A DNA stretch of 64,000 nucleotides from Sphingobacteriaceae bacterium (lineage in GTDB: Bacteria > Bacteroidota > Bacteroidia > Sphingobacteriales > Sphingobacteriaceae), in contig CANHCS010000002.1 in assembly GCA_947459195.1 (NCBI GenBank), positions 1,769-65,768 of the forward strand, in the 5' to 3' direction. Both the position numbers and the translations under genes were made by a program. Shown in pieces: positions 9,929-19,232 of this stretch; positions within the stretch are counted from its first letter, which is position 1, and every line of letters starts with the position of its first letter. The notes under the pieces are model-generated. The model saw only the letters and a list, made by a program, of their open reading frames with translations. It was not told where the DNA came from and ran no database searches.

Positions 9929-10126
9929 TCATATTCCTGCTATACGTGGTTCATGATCGGTCAGGTCTTCATAAGTTGGAGCAGCCTCTTTTTCATACGT
10001 TTGATCTTGGTCAAGATCAGCACCTTGTTGATCCATCTCTGATTTTTTTTGTTCAGTGCTCGTCATTTGGCGCTCCTGATCCCTTGGATCATTTGGCATG
10101 TATTCGTAGTTGGTGTTCATGGTCAT
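9929..10126 (-). CDS. hypothetical small acidic protein (65 aa)
   Basis: The only evidence is the ORF and its position in an otherwise non-coding gap. Highly hydrophilic, D/E/Q-rich. No recognisable family or promoter box. Confidence 0.3.
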   Translation of the reverse strand: MTMNTNYEYMPNDPRDQERQMTSTEQKKSEMDQQGADLDQDQTYEKEAAPTYEDLTDHEPRIAGI

Positions 10127-10177
10127 TATTGATTTTTATAGTAAACATGAAAACCGGGGGTATTTGTTTGAGCTTGA

Positions 10178-10204
10178 TAAAAAAAGCCTCCCAAACGGAA
10201 GGCT
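10178..10204 (-). terminator. rho-independent terminator after tRNA-Arg
   Basis: On the minus strand, a hairpin (GCCTTCC / GGAGGC with one bulge) is followed by TTTTTTT (plus-strand A-run 10179-10185). Confidence 0.5.
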
Positions 10205-10208
10205 TTAG

Positions 10209-10280
10209 TGTACCCAGCGGGAGTCGAACCCACATCAGCAGAACCGGAATCTGCCATTCTATCCATTGAACTATGGGTAC
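10209..10280 (-). tRNA. tRNA-Arg (anticodon CCG)
   Basis: Folded by hand as a cloverleaf. Acceptor GTACCCA/TGGGTAC, anticodon stem GCAGA/TCTGC with loop TTCCGGT, T-arm GTGGG-TTCGACT-CCCGC. 72 nt, CCA not encoded. Confidence 0.9.
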
Positions 10281-10303
10281 AATGTATCTTTAAAGATAAA
10301 GCT

Positions 10304-11404
10304 TTAAACGTTGAAACGGAAGTGCATGATGTCTCCATCTTCCACGATGTAGCTCTTGCCTTCCACATTCAGTTTACCTGCTTCTTTACAAGCATTTTCT
10401 GAACCTAAGCTAACATAATCGGCATATTTAATGACCTCAGCACGAATAAATCCTTTTTCAAAGTCGGTATGGATCACTCCTGCTGCTTGTGGTGCAGTCC
10501 AACCTTTCTCAATCGTCCAGGCACGTACTTCTTGCACACCGGCTGTGAAATAAGTAGCCAGGTTCAACAATTTATAGGCAGCCTTGATCAATTTATTCAC
10601 TCCTGATTCCTGCAAACCTAAATCTTCTAAAAAGATCTGACGTTCTTCAAAGCTTTCCAGCTCCGCGATTTCTGATTCAATTTTTGCTGAAATAATCAAC
10701 ACTTCTGCCTGCTCATCTTTCACGGCTGCTTTTACACGCTCTACGTAAGCATTACCTGTATTTACAGAAGCCTCATCTACATTGCATGCGTACAATACAG
10801 GTTTGGCGGTGAGTAAGAATAAATCGGCGATATAAGCCTGGTCTTCTACAGCAATGGGTGCAGTTCGTACCGACTTACCTGATTCCAGGTGTTGCTTGAC
10901 GATAGTGCAAACCTCAAAAGCTTTCTTAGCTTCTTTATCTCCACCGGTTTTAGCTTGTTTTTCTACTTTCTGAATTTTTTTGAGGACGGTTTCAAGGTCT
11001 TTCAATTGTAATTCGGTATCGATTATCTCTTTGTCTCTGATAGGATCTACTGAACCATCCACATGGATCACATTTCCATCATCAAAACAACGCAAAACAT
11101 GAATAATTGCATCGGTTGCACGGATATTTCCTAAAAACTGGTTTCCCAGTCCTTCTCCTTTGCTGGCTCCTTTTACTAAACCCGCAATGTCAACAATTTC
11201 GATGGTATTGGGCACCACCTTCTGCGGATTCACCAATTCGGCAAGCTTGCTCAAACGTTCATCGGGAACGGTAATCACACCCACGTTGGGCTCAATGGTA
11301 CAAAAGGGGAAATTGGCTGCCTGTGCTTTTGCATTTGATAAACAGTTAAATAAGGTAGATTTTCCAACGTTGGGCAAACCAACTATTCCACATTGTAGCG
11401 CCAT
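10304..11404 (-). CDS. ychF: redox-regulated ATPase YchF
   Basis: 366 aa. P-loop [12 protein letters not shown] and a TGS-like C-terminus. Confidence 0.95.
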   Translation of the reverse strand: MALQCGIVGLPNVGKSTLFNCLSNAKAQAANFPFCTIEPNVGVITVPDERLSKLAELVNPQKVVPNTIEIVDIAGLVKGASKGEGLGNQFLGNIRATDAIIHVLRCFDDGNVIHVDGSVDPIRDKEIIDTELQLKDLETVLKKIQKVEKQAKTGGDKEAKKAFEVCTIVKQHLESGKSVRTAPIAVEDQAYIADLFLLTAKPVLYACNVDEASVNTGNAYVERVKAAVKDEQAEVLIISAKIESEIAELESFEERQIFLEDLGLQESGVNKLIKAAYKLLNLATYFTAGVQEVRAWTIEKGWTAPQAAGVIHTDFEKGFIRAEVIKYADYVSLGSENACKEAGKLNVEGKSYIVEDGDIMHFRFNV

Positions 11405-11435
11405 TAATCTTAATTATAAGGTTAAAAATTAGGCG

Positions 11436-11443
11436 CAAAGATA
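11436..11443 (-). promoter_or_regulatory. Bacteroidota-type -7 promoter box (TATCTTTG) for ychF
   Basis: Exact TAnnTTTG match on the minus strand, 31 nt upstream of the ychF ATG. Confidence 0.4.
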
Positions 11444-11478
11444 GCAAATAATGTTTTTGATGGGCTCTGAGCTACAAC

Positions 11479-11503
11479 AAAAAAAGCCACCCCGAAGGGC
11501 AGC
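11479..11503 (-). terminator. rho-independent terminator after the DUF3276 gene
   Basis: Minus-strand RNA GCUGCCC-UUCG-GGGUGGC (7 bp including 2 G.U pairs, UUCG tetraloop), followed by UUUUUUU. Confidence 0.65.
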
Positions 11504-11535
11504 TCTTTGTTTAGAATTTAGGTTGATTGGTTATG

Positions 11536-11868
11536 TTAAATATCGAAATTGAAATCGTCATCGTCTACTTTCGTAGTTTCTGTGGGGTTCTCCGAAAACT
11601 CGTATCGCTTCTCCACCACTTCCTGATTAGCCTTTACGTAATCTACCGATTCTTTTAAGCCTTCAGCAAATTTCTCGAAGTCTTCTTTGTAAAGGAAGAT
11701 CTTGTGTTTGATAAAAACGCCATCTTCTAAACGCTTCTTACTTTCGGTAATGGTGATGTAATAATCATTTGAACGTGTGGCTTTAACATCAAAAAAATAG
11801 GTGCGCTTACCGGCTCTCACCTTTTTTGAATAAACTTCTTCCCGCTCTTTGTTTTCAAAATCTCCCAT
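11536..11868 (-). CDS. PUR-alpha-like DUF3276 family protein
   Basis: 110 aa. The pattern RAGKRTYFFDVK...NDYYITITESKK is characteristic of Bacteroidota DUF3276 proteins (from memory). Confidence 0.8.
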   Translation of the reverse strand: MGDFENKEREEVYSKKVRAGKRTYFFDVKATRSNDYYITITESKKRLEDGVFIKHKIFLYKEDFEKFAEGLKESVDYVKANQEVVEKRYEFSENPTETTKVDDDDFNFDI

Positions 11869-11970
11869 ACTTAAATATTAGTTTTCGATTTGTTTTAATT
11901 ATTGCTTGAGGTAAATATAGCAGATAATAATTTTAATTTCCAAAAAAGAAAATGCTTAATCTTCAGTATT

Positions 11971-13749
11971 TTATTGTTCTTCTTCTAGCAATTGCTGCTG
12001 ATAAAGTTCGAAATAACTGCCTTTTTGCTTCAATAATGAGGCATGTGTTCCACTCTCTACCAGCCTCCCCTCATCCAAAACCAATATTTGATCGGCATTT
12101 TTAATGCTTGAAACCCGGTGAGCGATCAAAATTGTTGTTCTGTTGGCCATGATACGGCCAAGGTTACGCAAAATTTCTTCTTCAGTTCGGGTATCAACCG
12201 CCGATAAGGAATCGTCGAATAGGAGGATTTTGGGAGATTTAACCAATGCCCTTGCAATTGAAACCCTTTGCTTTTGTCCGCCCGAAAGAGTGATTCCGCG
12301 TTCTCCAATAAGGGTCTCATATTGTTGGTCAAAAGCCATGATATTTTGATGCACTGCAGCATCTTTAGCCGCTTGAATTAACTGATCCTGAGGCAATTCG
12401 TCCATACCAAAGGCAATATTATTGGCAATGGTATCAGAAAACAAGAAAACATCTTGAGGAACAAAACCCAACTGCTGGCGGTAATGTTGTAGGTCAAATT
12501 TTTGTATAGGCTGACCATCTACTCGGATCTGACCTTTATCGCAATCATACATCCGCATGATCAAATTAGCAAGCGTAGATTTCCCCGAACCGGTTTTACC
12601 AATAATTGCCAAAAATTCTCCGGGCTTTGCCTCAAAACTCAACTGATCAATTGCCTTGATTCCAGTATCAGGATAAGTGAATGAGACATTTTCGAATTGG
12701 ATATGACCTTGTAATTCTTGTTTAACGATTCCATTTGTAATCTCTGTTTGAGTATGCAGAAACTCATTGATGCGTTTTTGTGAAGCCGCAGCCCTTTGCA
12801 CCAATGAAGTCACCCAACCAAGCGTGGTAACCGGGAAAGTCAATTGATTCACATAGATTACAAATTCGGCAATATTGCCGGTCGTAATATTCCCTTTCAT
12901 CACTTCCTGCCCTCCTATGTAAACGGTTATGATGGTACTTAAGCCCACCAGCAGCAGCATTGTGGGGTAGAATAATGCTTGTACCCTGACTAAATCCATT
13001 GCGTTAGCCTGGTACTTCCGACTTTGGACTTCGAATCTTTTTTGTAAAGCTTGCTCTCTCACAAATGATTTAATGATTCGAATACCAGAAAATGTCTCCT
13101 GTACAAAACTGGAGAGATTCGAAAGCTGTTCTTGTATCTTTTCACTCTTCGAATTGATGATATTATTGACGAAGTAAATGGTTAAAGCCAAAATCGGGAG
13201 TGGTAATAAACTCCACATTGCCAAAACTGGATTTACACTGATCATGGCATAAATGATCAAAATAAATAACACCACCGTGTTGATGGTGTACATGATGGCC
13301 GGCCCCAGATACATCCTCACCCTGCTCACATCTTCGGTTACCCGGTTCATCAGATCTCCAGTATTGTTTCTTCTAAAAAAAGCCAAGGATAGCTGCTGAT
13401 AATGGGCATAGATCTCATTTTTCAAATCGTACTCAATGTGCCGCGACATGAGGATAATGGTTTGTCGCATGAAAAAAAGAAAAATCCCTCTCAAAAGCGC
13501 CAGGCTGAGTACAATACAGCCAAAAAGCAATAAACTGGATGCAAATAACTGATAAATCAATTCCTGTCGGTCAAAACCAGCATACAAACGATATAAAGCA
13601 ATGTTATCGTTCACTAAATCGAATGCATGACGGATGACTTGTGCCGGTAATACGCCAAATAAATTAGATATGATCACAAATAGCACCCCAGGCAATAAAC
13701 GCCAACGGTATTTGTAGAAAAACTTATTGAGATAAGCCAGGTGTTTCAT
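11971..13749 (-). CDS. ABC transporter ATP-binding/permease fusion (MsbA-like exporter)
   Basis: 592 aa. 6-TM domain followed by an NBD with Walker A GKTGSGKST, signature LSGGQKQR and Walker B ILLFDD. Confidence 0.9.
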   Translation of the reverse strand: MKHLAYLNKFFYKYRWRLLPGVLFVIISNLFGVLPAQVIRHAFDLVNDNIALYRLYAGFDRQELIYQLFASSLLLFGCIVLSLALLRGIFLFFMRQTIILMSRHIEYDLKNEIYAHYQQLSLAFFRRNNTGDLMNRVTEDVSRVRMYLGPAIMYTINTVVLFILIIYAMISVNPVLAMWSLLPLPILALTIYFVNNIINSKSEKIQEQLSNLSSFVQETFSGIRIIKSFVREQALQKRFEVQSRKYQANAMDLVRVQALFYPTMLLLVGLSTIITVYIGGQEVMKGNITTGNIAEFVIYVNQLTFPVTTLGWVTSLVQRAAASQKRINEFLHTQTEITNGIVKQELQGHIQFENVSFTYPDTGIKAIDQLSFEAKPGEFLAIIGKTGSGKSTLANLIMRMYDCDKGQIRVDGQPIQKFDLQHYRQQLGFVPQDVFLFSDTIANNIAFGMDELPQDQLIQAAKDAAVHQNIMAFDQQYETLIGERGITLSGGQKQRVSIARALVKSPKILLFDDSLSAVDTRTEEEILRNLGRIMANRTTILIAHRVSSIKNADQILVLDEGRLVESGTHASLLKQKGSYFELYQQQLLEEEQ

Positions 13750-13825
13750 GATCGGGGATAAAAATACAGTTTTTTACACTCTGGCTAACATCCCGATTTG
13801 CCCCTGCAGAATCTATAAATTTTAC

Positions 13826-13833
13826 TACTTTTG
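13826..13833 (+). promoter_or_regulatory. -7 promoter box (TACTTTTG)
   Basis: Exact TAnnTTTG match, 25 nt upstream of the ATG at 13859. Confidence 0.45.
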
Positions 13834-13858
13834 CGGTATCAGTAAGTATAAATTATCC

Positions 13859-14947
13859 ATGCCTCCACTTTCACTCGAAGACAGCTCTGTTTTTAAACAA
13901 ATGGGCCAATATGGCCACCAAAACATTGTTTTTTGTAATGATGAAGAAACCGGTCTAAAAGCCATTATTGCCATTCACGATACCACACTGGGTCCGGCAC
14001 TTGGCGGTACCAGAATGTGGACTTACAAAACTGAGACAGAGGCCTTACAAGATGTTTTGAGACTTTCGAGAGGGATGACTTATAAAGCGGCCATTACCGG
14101 CTTAAACTTGGGTGGCGGAAAAGCGGTGATCATCGGCGACAGCCGAACTGATAAAACGGAAGCCATGATGCGCCGTTATGGAAAATTCATAAAAAATTTA
14201 AACGGAGCTTTCATTACAGCTGAAGATGTAGGTACCAGTCCTAAAGACATGGAATACATTCGCATGGAAACGCAATATGTGACCGGTGTTCCTGAAACTT
14301 TGGGTGGCAGTGGCGATCCATCGCCAGTTACCGCAAAAGGCGTATACATGGGCATAAAAGCTTGTGTAAAAGAATTATTCGGTAACGACAGCCTGGCCGG
14401 CAAATCGGTTGCAGTACAGGGAATTGGACATGTGGGCGAAAATTTAGTGCATTTATTACGTGAGGAAAACGCCAAAGTTTATGTGAGCGATATCGATGAG
14501 GAGCGTCTGAACACCGTAGCAAAGAAATATGGTGCAGAAGCTGTTTCGCATCACAATATTTTTGATTTAGATGTTGATATCTATGCACCATGTGCCTTGG
14601 GAGCCACCGTAAATACAGAAACCATCAAACAAATGAAATGTGCCATCATTGCCGGTGCCGCCAACAATCAATTAGCCGACGAAGAGGTACACGGTAAAAT
14701 GTTGTTAGAGAAAGGGATTCTTTACGCACCGGATTATCTCATTAATGCAGGTGGTTTAATTAACTGCTATTCTGAAATTGCAGGATTCAGCAAGAAACGT
14801 ACCATGCAATTGGCCGAAAATATTTACGAAGCCACCCGTAATGTGCTGCAAAAATCTAAAACAGAAAAAATCTCTACCAGTGAGGCAGCCAATAAAATTG
14901 CCGAAAAACGGATCGAAGACATCAAAAAAATCAAGGCAAGTTTCTAA
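13859..14947 (+). CDS. Leu/Phe/Val dehydrogenase (leucine dehydrogenase-like)
   Basis: Motifs GGTRMW, GGGKAVI (catalytic Lys) and the Rossmann motif GIGHVG. The track ORF starts at 13748, but that extension covers the promoter box, so I used the ATG at 13859 (MPPLSLED...). Confidence 0.85.
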   Translation: MPPLSLEDSSVFKQMGQYGHQNIVFCNDEETGLKAIIAIHDTTLGPALGGTRMWTYKTETEALQDVLRLSRGMTYKAAITGLNLGGGKAVIIGDSRTDKTEAMMRRYGKFIKNLNGAFITAEDVGTSPKDMEYIRMETQYVTGVPETLGGSGDPSPVTAKGVYMGIKACVKELFGNDSLAGKSVAVQGIGHVGENLVHLLREENAKVYVSDIDEERLNTVAKKYGAEAVSHHNIFDLDVDIYAPCALGATVNTETIKQMKCAIIAGAANNQLADEEVHGKMLLEKGILYAPDYLINAGGLINCYSEIAGFSKKRTMQLAENIYEATRNVLQKSKTEKISTSEAANKIAEKRIEDIKKIKASF

Positions 14948-14986
14948 AATTTACTAGGTTTACACAACCAAATCGTTCTTTATCAG

Positions 14987-15934
14987 ATGTTAAATAGAAG
15001 GCAATTAAGAGTTAAGGTATTGCAAACCCTTTATGCATACCAGCAAGCAGACCAAAAAGAAGTAAAGGTCTTTGAAAAAGCGTTGCTTAAAAATATCAAC
15101 TCAGTCAATGAGATGTATTTTTACATGCTTGCCCTACTTATCAATGTTGCCGATTATGCCCTCATCGATGCCGAAGAACGTGCAAATAAACACTTGCCTA
15201 GCGAACAAGATCTCAATGCGAGTACCAAACTGAGTCGTAATATTTTCATTGATTGCCTTCGTCAGCATCCAGATTACCTGCTTGGTGTGAAGCAATTCAA
15301 CGTAAGCTGGGACTTTGAACCGATCATCGATAAAACCATCTTTTCTCTTCTTAAAAACAGTCCGGAATATGTAGCGTACATTGCTGATGAATCGCAGGAC
15401 TTGAATACGGATAAAGAAATCATCAAAAACATTTTCAGGAAGATTATTCTTAAAAATCCGGCCATAGAGCAACTTTTTGAAGAAAAATTCATCAATTGGT
15501 CGGTAGATAAAGAAGTATTGAAATCTATGATGGCCAAAACCATCAAAAATTTTAAAAATGAAGATGGCAAAGGCAATCAATTGGCTCCCCTATTTCAAGA
15601 CGAAAAAGAAGACAAGGCTTTTGTGATCGATCTGTTTAACAAGAGCATACAGCATGCCAACGAATATTTCAAATTGATTGATGAAAAAACCATGAACTGG
15701 GATTCGGAGCGGATCGCATTGATGGATATTTTATTGATGCAAATGGCCATTACAGAGTTGATCCACTTTTCATCTATTCCCATTAAAGTGAGTATCAACG
15801 AATACATTGAGATTTCGAAAGAATTCAGCACTCCAAAAAGCAATACTTTTATTAATGGTATATTAGACAAAATTCTTGATCAGCTGAAATCAGAGAAAAA
15901 AATTAAGAAATTTGGTAGAGGTTTAATCGAATAA
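14987..15934 (+). CDS. nusB: transcription antitermination factor NusB (long Bacteroidota form)
   Basis: 315 aa with a NusB-like C-terminal half (…ISKEFSTPKSNTFINGILDKI…). Conserved neighbourhood with yajC and coaE. Confidence 0.8.
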   Translation: MLNRRQLRVKVLQTLYAYQQADQKEVKVFEKALLKNINSVNEMYFYMLALLINVADYALIDAEERANKHLPSEQDLNASTKLSRNIFIDCLRQHPDYLLGVKQFNVSWDFEPIIDKTIFSLLKNSPEYVAYIADESQDLNTDKEIIKNIFRKIILKNPAIEQLFEEKFINWSVDKEVLKSMMAKTIKNFKNEDGKGNQLAPLFQDEKEDKAFVIDLFNKSIQHANEYFKLIDEKTMNWDSERIALMDILLMQMAITELIHFSSIPIKVSINEYIEISKEFSTPKSNTFINGILDKILDQLKSEKKIKKFGRGLIE

Positions 15935-15937
15935 ATC

Positions 15938-16372
15938 ATGAAAAACATCTTAGCATTTGTCCTTTTAGGCGCCTTTTTAAGTGCATGCAGCAGCAAACAA
16001 AGTAATCAGGAATCGGTGAGCGAAGTTCCCACTTTTGTAGATCCTGCTTCTGCCCCAGTGATGAGCTTCGAAAAAGAAACTTACGACTTTGGGATCATTA
16101 ATGAAGGTCAAAGTGTAGTTTACGATTTCGAATTCAAGAACACCGGAAAAGGACCCTTACTCATTGGTAATGCCACTGCAAGTTGTGGCTGTACGGTTCC
16201 TGAATATCCTAAAGAACCTATATTGCCGGGACAAAAAGGCACCATCCACGTAGTATTTAACAGCACCGGAAAGCCCGGTATGCAAAATAAAGTGGTTACA
16301 CTTAATGTGAATACGGTGAGTGGTAGCCAGCAACTTTACCTTACGGGTAATGTAATTCCAAAAAACAAATAA
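15938..16372 (+). CDS. DUF1573 domain-containing lipoprotein
   Basis: Lipobox LSAC. Conserved F.F.N.G..PL.I......CGCT motif. Confidence 0.8.
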   Translation: MKNILAFVLLGAFLSACSSKQSNQESVSEVPTFVDPASAPVMSFEKETYDFGIINEGQSVVYDFEFKNTGKGPLLIGNATASCGCTVPEYPKEPILPGQKGTIHVVFNSTGKPGMQNKVVTLNVNTVSGSQQLYLTGNVIPKNK

Positions 16373-16382
16373 AAATCCAGAT

Positions 16383-16688
16383 ATGTTAAATTCAATTTTA
16401 TTACAAGCAGCAGGTGGCTCTTTAATGCAGTTCCTGCCCATGATCTTGATCATCGTTGTATTTTATTTCTTCATGATTCGTCCACAAATGAAGAAAGCAA
16501 AAGATCATAAAAAGTTTATTGAAGAGCTTAAAAAAGGCGATAAAGTAATCACCTCGGCAGGTATACACGGTAAAATTGTCGATATGAATGAAACTACTTT
16601 TTTAATTGAAGTAGAAGGCGGTACTAAAATCCGTTTTGATAAATCGTCGGTTTCTTTAGATGCTTCAAAAGCCTTGAATGCTAAATAA
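16383..16688 (+). CDS. yajC: preprotein translocase subunit YajC
   Basis: 101 aa, single TM, then the RPQ.KK.K.H..F...L.KGD.V.T.GG.HG pattern. Confidence 0.9.
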   Translation: MLNSILLQAAGGSLMQFLPMILIIVVFYFFMIRPQMKKAKDHKKFIEELKKGDKVITSAGIHGKIVDMNETTFLIEVEGGTKIRFDKSSVSLDASKALNAK

Positions 16689-16706
16689 ACTCAATTGATG
16701 GAATTG

Positions 16707-16737
16707 AAAAGCCATTGGTACGCCAATGGCTTTTTTT
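16707..16737 (+). terminator. rho-independent terminator after yajC
   Basis: Perfect 8-bp stem GCCATTGG-TACG-CCAATGGC flanked by AAAA and TTTTTTT. Confidence 0.8.
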
Positions 16738-16742
16738 ATTTG

Positions 16743-16750
16743 TAATTTTG
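16743..16750 (+). promoter_or_regulatory. -7 promoter box (TAATTTTG), 3 nt upstream of the ATG
   Basis: Exact TAnnTTTG match. Located directly after the yajC terminator and 3 nt before the ATG at 16754. Confidence 0.4.
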
Positions 16751-16753
16751 GTA

Positions 16754-17698
16754 ATGCCGCTGTTTAAATTCAATAAAATACAAAAACGGAGAATCTCGGT
16801 CTTTTTCATTTCTTTTTGTATGGCCTGCGGCTTGTGGTTTTTGTATGCCCTTTCTAAGCCAATGGAATATGCTTCGAAGCTTTATATCCAATGGATGGAT
16901 ATCCCTGATGATTTAAAAGAAAACATTTCTGAAACAGATACTGTGGCTATTCAAATGAAAGGCAACGGATGGAATTTGGTATTAAATGATTTGGATGAGA
17001 AACAACATCAAGTAAAGGTAAGTTTGAAGGAGCTAAATGCGAAGAACTACCTCGTTCTGAATTCAATTATTGGTGATTTGAATCAACAATTAAACCCAAA
17101 AGCGCAAATCGTATCGTTTAAACCAGATACCTTATATTTTGAGCGTGCTCCCCAAATTTCTAAAAGAGTTTCAGTAAAGCTAAAATATCAATTCTCTTTT
17201 GAGCGATTTTATGGATTAGCGGGTCCCATTCAAATGAATCCGGCATACGTAACCATCAAAGGTGCAGCCAAAACCATTGATCAGATCAAGTTCGTAGAAA
17301 CTGACATATTAAAAATGAATAGCCTGAACAGCGATTTTTCGGAAAACGTATCCATCAACCTGAAAAATGATCAAGCTTATAAAATTGATCCCGAATGGGT
17401 AAAAATTGACGTTAAGGTGGCCAGATACACGGAGAAGGTGCTTGAGATTGAACCTGAAATTAGAAATCGGACCGGCGTAAAAATAAATATATTCCCCAGC
17501 AGAGTAAAGGTTACCATCAGTACCGCTTTAAATAATTACGCAAGCATCCAAGCAAATCAAATAAGAGCCTATATTGATTTGGATGAGGCCATGCTGAAAA
17601 AATTTAGCCGATTACCCATTAAATTTGAACCATTGCCTAATTTTATTAGGATGGTGAAGGTGGAACCACAAAGTGTAGATTTTATCATTTATCCCTGA
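16754..17698 (+). CDS. YbbR-like domain-containing protein
   Basis: N-terminal TM segment followed by repeated beta-rich modules. Its position between yajC and coaE is conserved in Bacteroidota. The track start at 16715 lies inside the terminator hairpin, so I used the ATG at 16754. Confidence 0.65.
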   Translation: MPLFKFNKIQKRRISVFFISFCMACGLWFLYALSKPMEYASKLYIQWMDIPDDLKENISETDTVAIQMKGNGWNLVLNDLDEKQHQVKVSLKELNAKNYLVLNSIIGDLNQQLNPKAQIVSFKPDTLYFERAPQISKRVSVKLKYQFSFERFYGLAGPIQMNPAYVTIKGAAKTIDQIKFVETDILKMNSLNSDFSENVSINLKNDQAYKIDPEWVKIDVKVARYTEKVLEIEPEIRNRTGVKINIFPSRVKVTISTALNNYASIQANQIRAYIDLDEAMLKKFSRLPIKFEPLPNFIRMVKVEPQSVDFIIYP

Positions 17699-18294
17699 TG
17701 CTAAAGGTTGGAATTACAGGCGGAATAGGTAGCGGAAAAACAACCGTTTGCAAAATTTTTGAATTGCTCGGAATTCCGGTTTTTTATGCTGATCAAGCTG
17801 CTAAAGAACTTATGCAGCATGATGAAGGTCTAAAATTAAAGCTGAGGGAAAAATTCGGAACAGACACCTATCACCCAGATGGATCAATTAACAGAATCTA
17901 TTTAGCGAACATCGTATTTAAAGACGAAGCCCAACTTGAAGCCTTGAATGCAATAGTTCATCCTGCAGTTTTTAGTGCTTTTGATCAATGGCTAAGCAAA
18001 CAATCTGCACAATATGTGGTTAAGGAAGCAGCATTACTCTTCGAGAGTGGTTCGCACCAGTTATGCGATTTTAACGTATTGGTACAAGCTCCCGAAGAAA
18101 TTAGAATTGAACGGGTGATGAAAAGAGATCAAATCACTAAAGAACAGGTTATGGGAAGAATTGCCCAACAGATGAGCGATGAAGAGAAAAGTAAACTTGC
18201 CGATCATCTGCTCATGAATGACGAAAAAGAGCTGCTCATACCACAAATATTGAACCTTCATCTAAAATTATTAGCGGGAGATTTGCCCAAATGA
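17698..18294 (+). CDS. coaE: dephospho-CoA kinase
   Basis: P-loop GGIGSGKT. 198 aa. Start overlaps the previous stop (TGATG). Confidence 0.9.
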   Translation: MLKVGITGGIGSGKTTVCKIFELLGIPVFYADQAAKELMQHDEGLKLKLREKFGTDTYHPDGSINRIYLANIVFKDEAQLEALNAIVHPAVFSAFDQWLSKQSAQYVVKEAALLFESGSHQLCDFNVLVQAPEEIRIERVMKRDQITKEQVMGRIAQQMSDEEKSKLADHLLMNDEKELLIPQILNLHLKLLAGDLPK

Positions 18295-19232
18295 TCCGAC
18301 CTGATTTTATAACAGCCACCGACAAGGGTTTATTCTGCAGGGCTGGCAATTTTTACATCGATCCGCAACAGGCTGTACATTTGGCGGTGATTTCGCATGC
18401 TCACGGCGATCATGCCTGTCCTGAAAACGAACAAATATTTGCTACCGCCGAAACAGCCGCGATTATGCAATTGCGATATAAAAAAAGAGCTGGTGGCAAA
18501 TTCAACCTCTTTATTTACGGTGAGTCATTTGAGATTAACGGAGTGAAGATCTGTTTCCACTCCGCCGGACACATTTTGGGATCGGCACAAATATTAATGG
18601 AATACGAAGGTGTAAAATATTTATATACAGGCGATTATAAATTACAGGAAGATCCAACCTGTGAGCCAATCACTTTTATTGAGGCTGATGTACTGATCAC
18701 AGAAAGTACATTTGCAGATCCTCAGGTTAAACATCCGGATCCTGTTGAAGAAATTAAAAAACTAAATGCAGGTCCACAAAATATCTTGCTCGGGACTTAC
18801 TCCTTAGGAAAAGCACAACGCTTAATCCGTATGATCAATGATCATTGTCCACAAAGAAAAGTCCTTTTGCATCATCAAATACTTCCAATCACCAAGTTGC
18901 ATGAACAGTTTGGGGTGCAGCTGGGTCCATATCAACCTTATGACCGTAAACTGATGAAAAACCCGGACCAGAATTATGTATATATGGTTCCACCGCTTAC
19001 TTTTAACAGTTATTTCAAAGCAATAAATGTGAGCAGGGCATTTGCTTCTGGGTGGAAAAACTTGCAAACAAATAACGACCTGCAATTATTTATTTCAGAC
19101 CATGTGGACTGGGATGATATCATTAAAATGATTGAACAGGTAAAACCAACTGAAATTTGGACCGTTCATGGAAACGGACTTCATTTAAAAAATTATTTTA
19201 TCAATCAGATTCCTATTAAGGCTTTGAACTGA
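18291..19232 (+). CDS. MBL-fold exonuclease resembling the ligase-associated DNA damage response exonuclease
   Basis: N-terminus GLFC.AGNFYIDP...AVISHAHGDHA and ...SAGHILGSAQ match the TIGR04122-type family as I recall it. ATGA overlap with coaE. Confidence 0.7.
   Translation: MIRPDFITATDKGLFCRAGNFYIDPQQAVHLAVISHAHGDHACPENEQIFATAETAAIMQLRYKKRAGGKFNLFIYGESFEINGVKICFHSAGHILGSAQILMEYEGVKYLYTGDYKLQEDPTCEPITFIEADVLITESTFADPQVKHPDPVEEIKKLNAGPQNILLGTYSLGKAQRLIRMINDHCPQRKVLLHHQILPITKLHEQFGVQLGPYQPYDRKLMKNPDQNYVYMVPPLTFNSYFKAINVSRAFASGWKNLQTNNDLQLFISDHVDWDDIIKMIEQVKPTEIWTVHGNGLHLKNYFINQIPIKALN

Noticed and set aside
9922-10269. 115-aa plus-strand ORF
   Set aside because: It runs antisense through tRNA-Arg and its terminator and overlaps the small minus-strand ORF. 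No motifs.
13748-13858. N-terminal extension of the Leu-dehydrogenase ORF abutting the divergent ABC transporter start
   Set aside because: It contains the TACTTTTG promoter box and Cys/Tyr/Phe-rich nonsense. The conserved protein begins at the ATG at 13859.
15134-15870. Three antisense ORFs (91-148 aa) inside nusB
   Set aside because: The region is AT-rich and the ORFs are Phe/Ile/Lys-rich shadow ORFs with no motifs. nusB on the plus strand explains the region.
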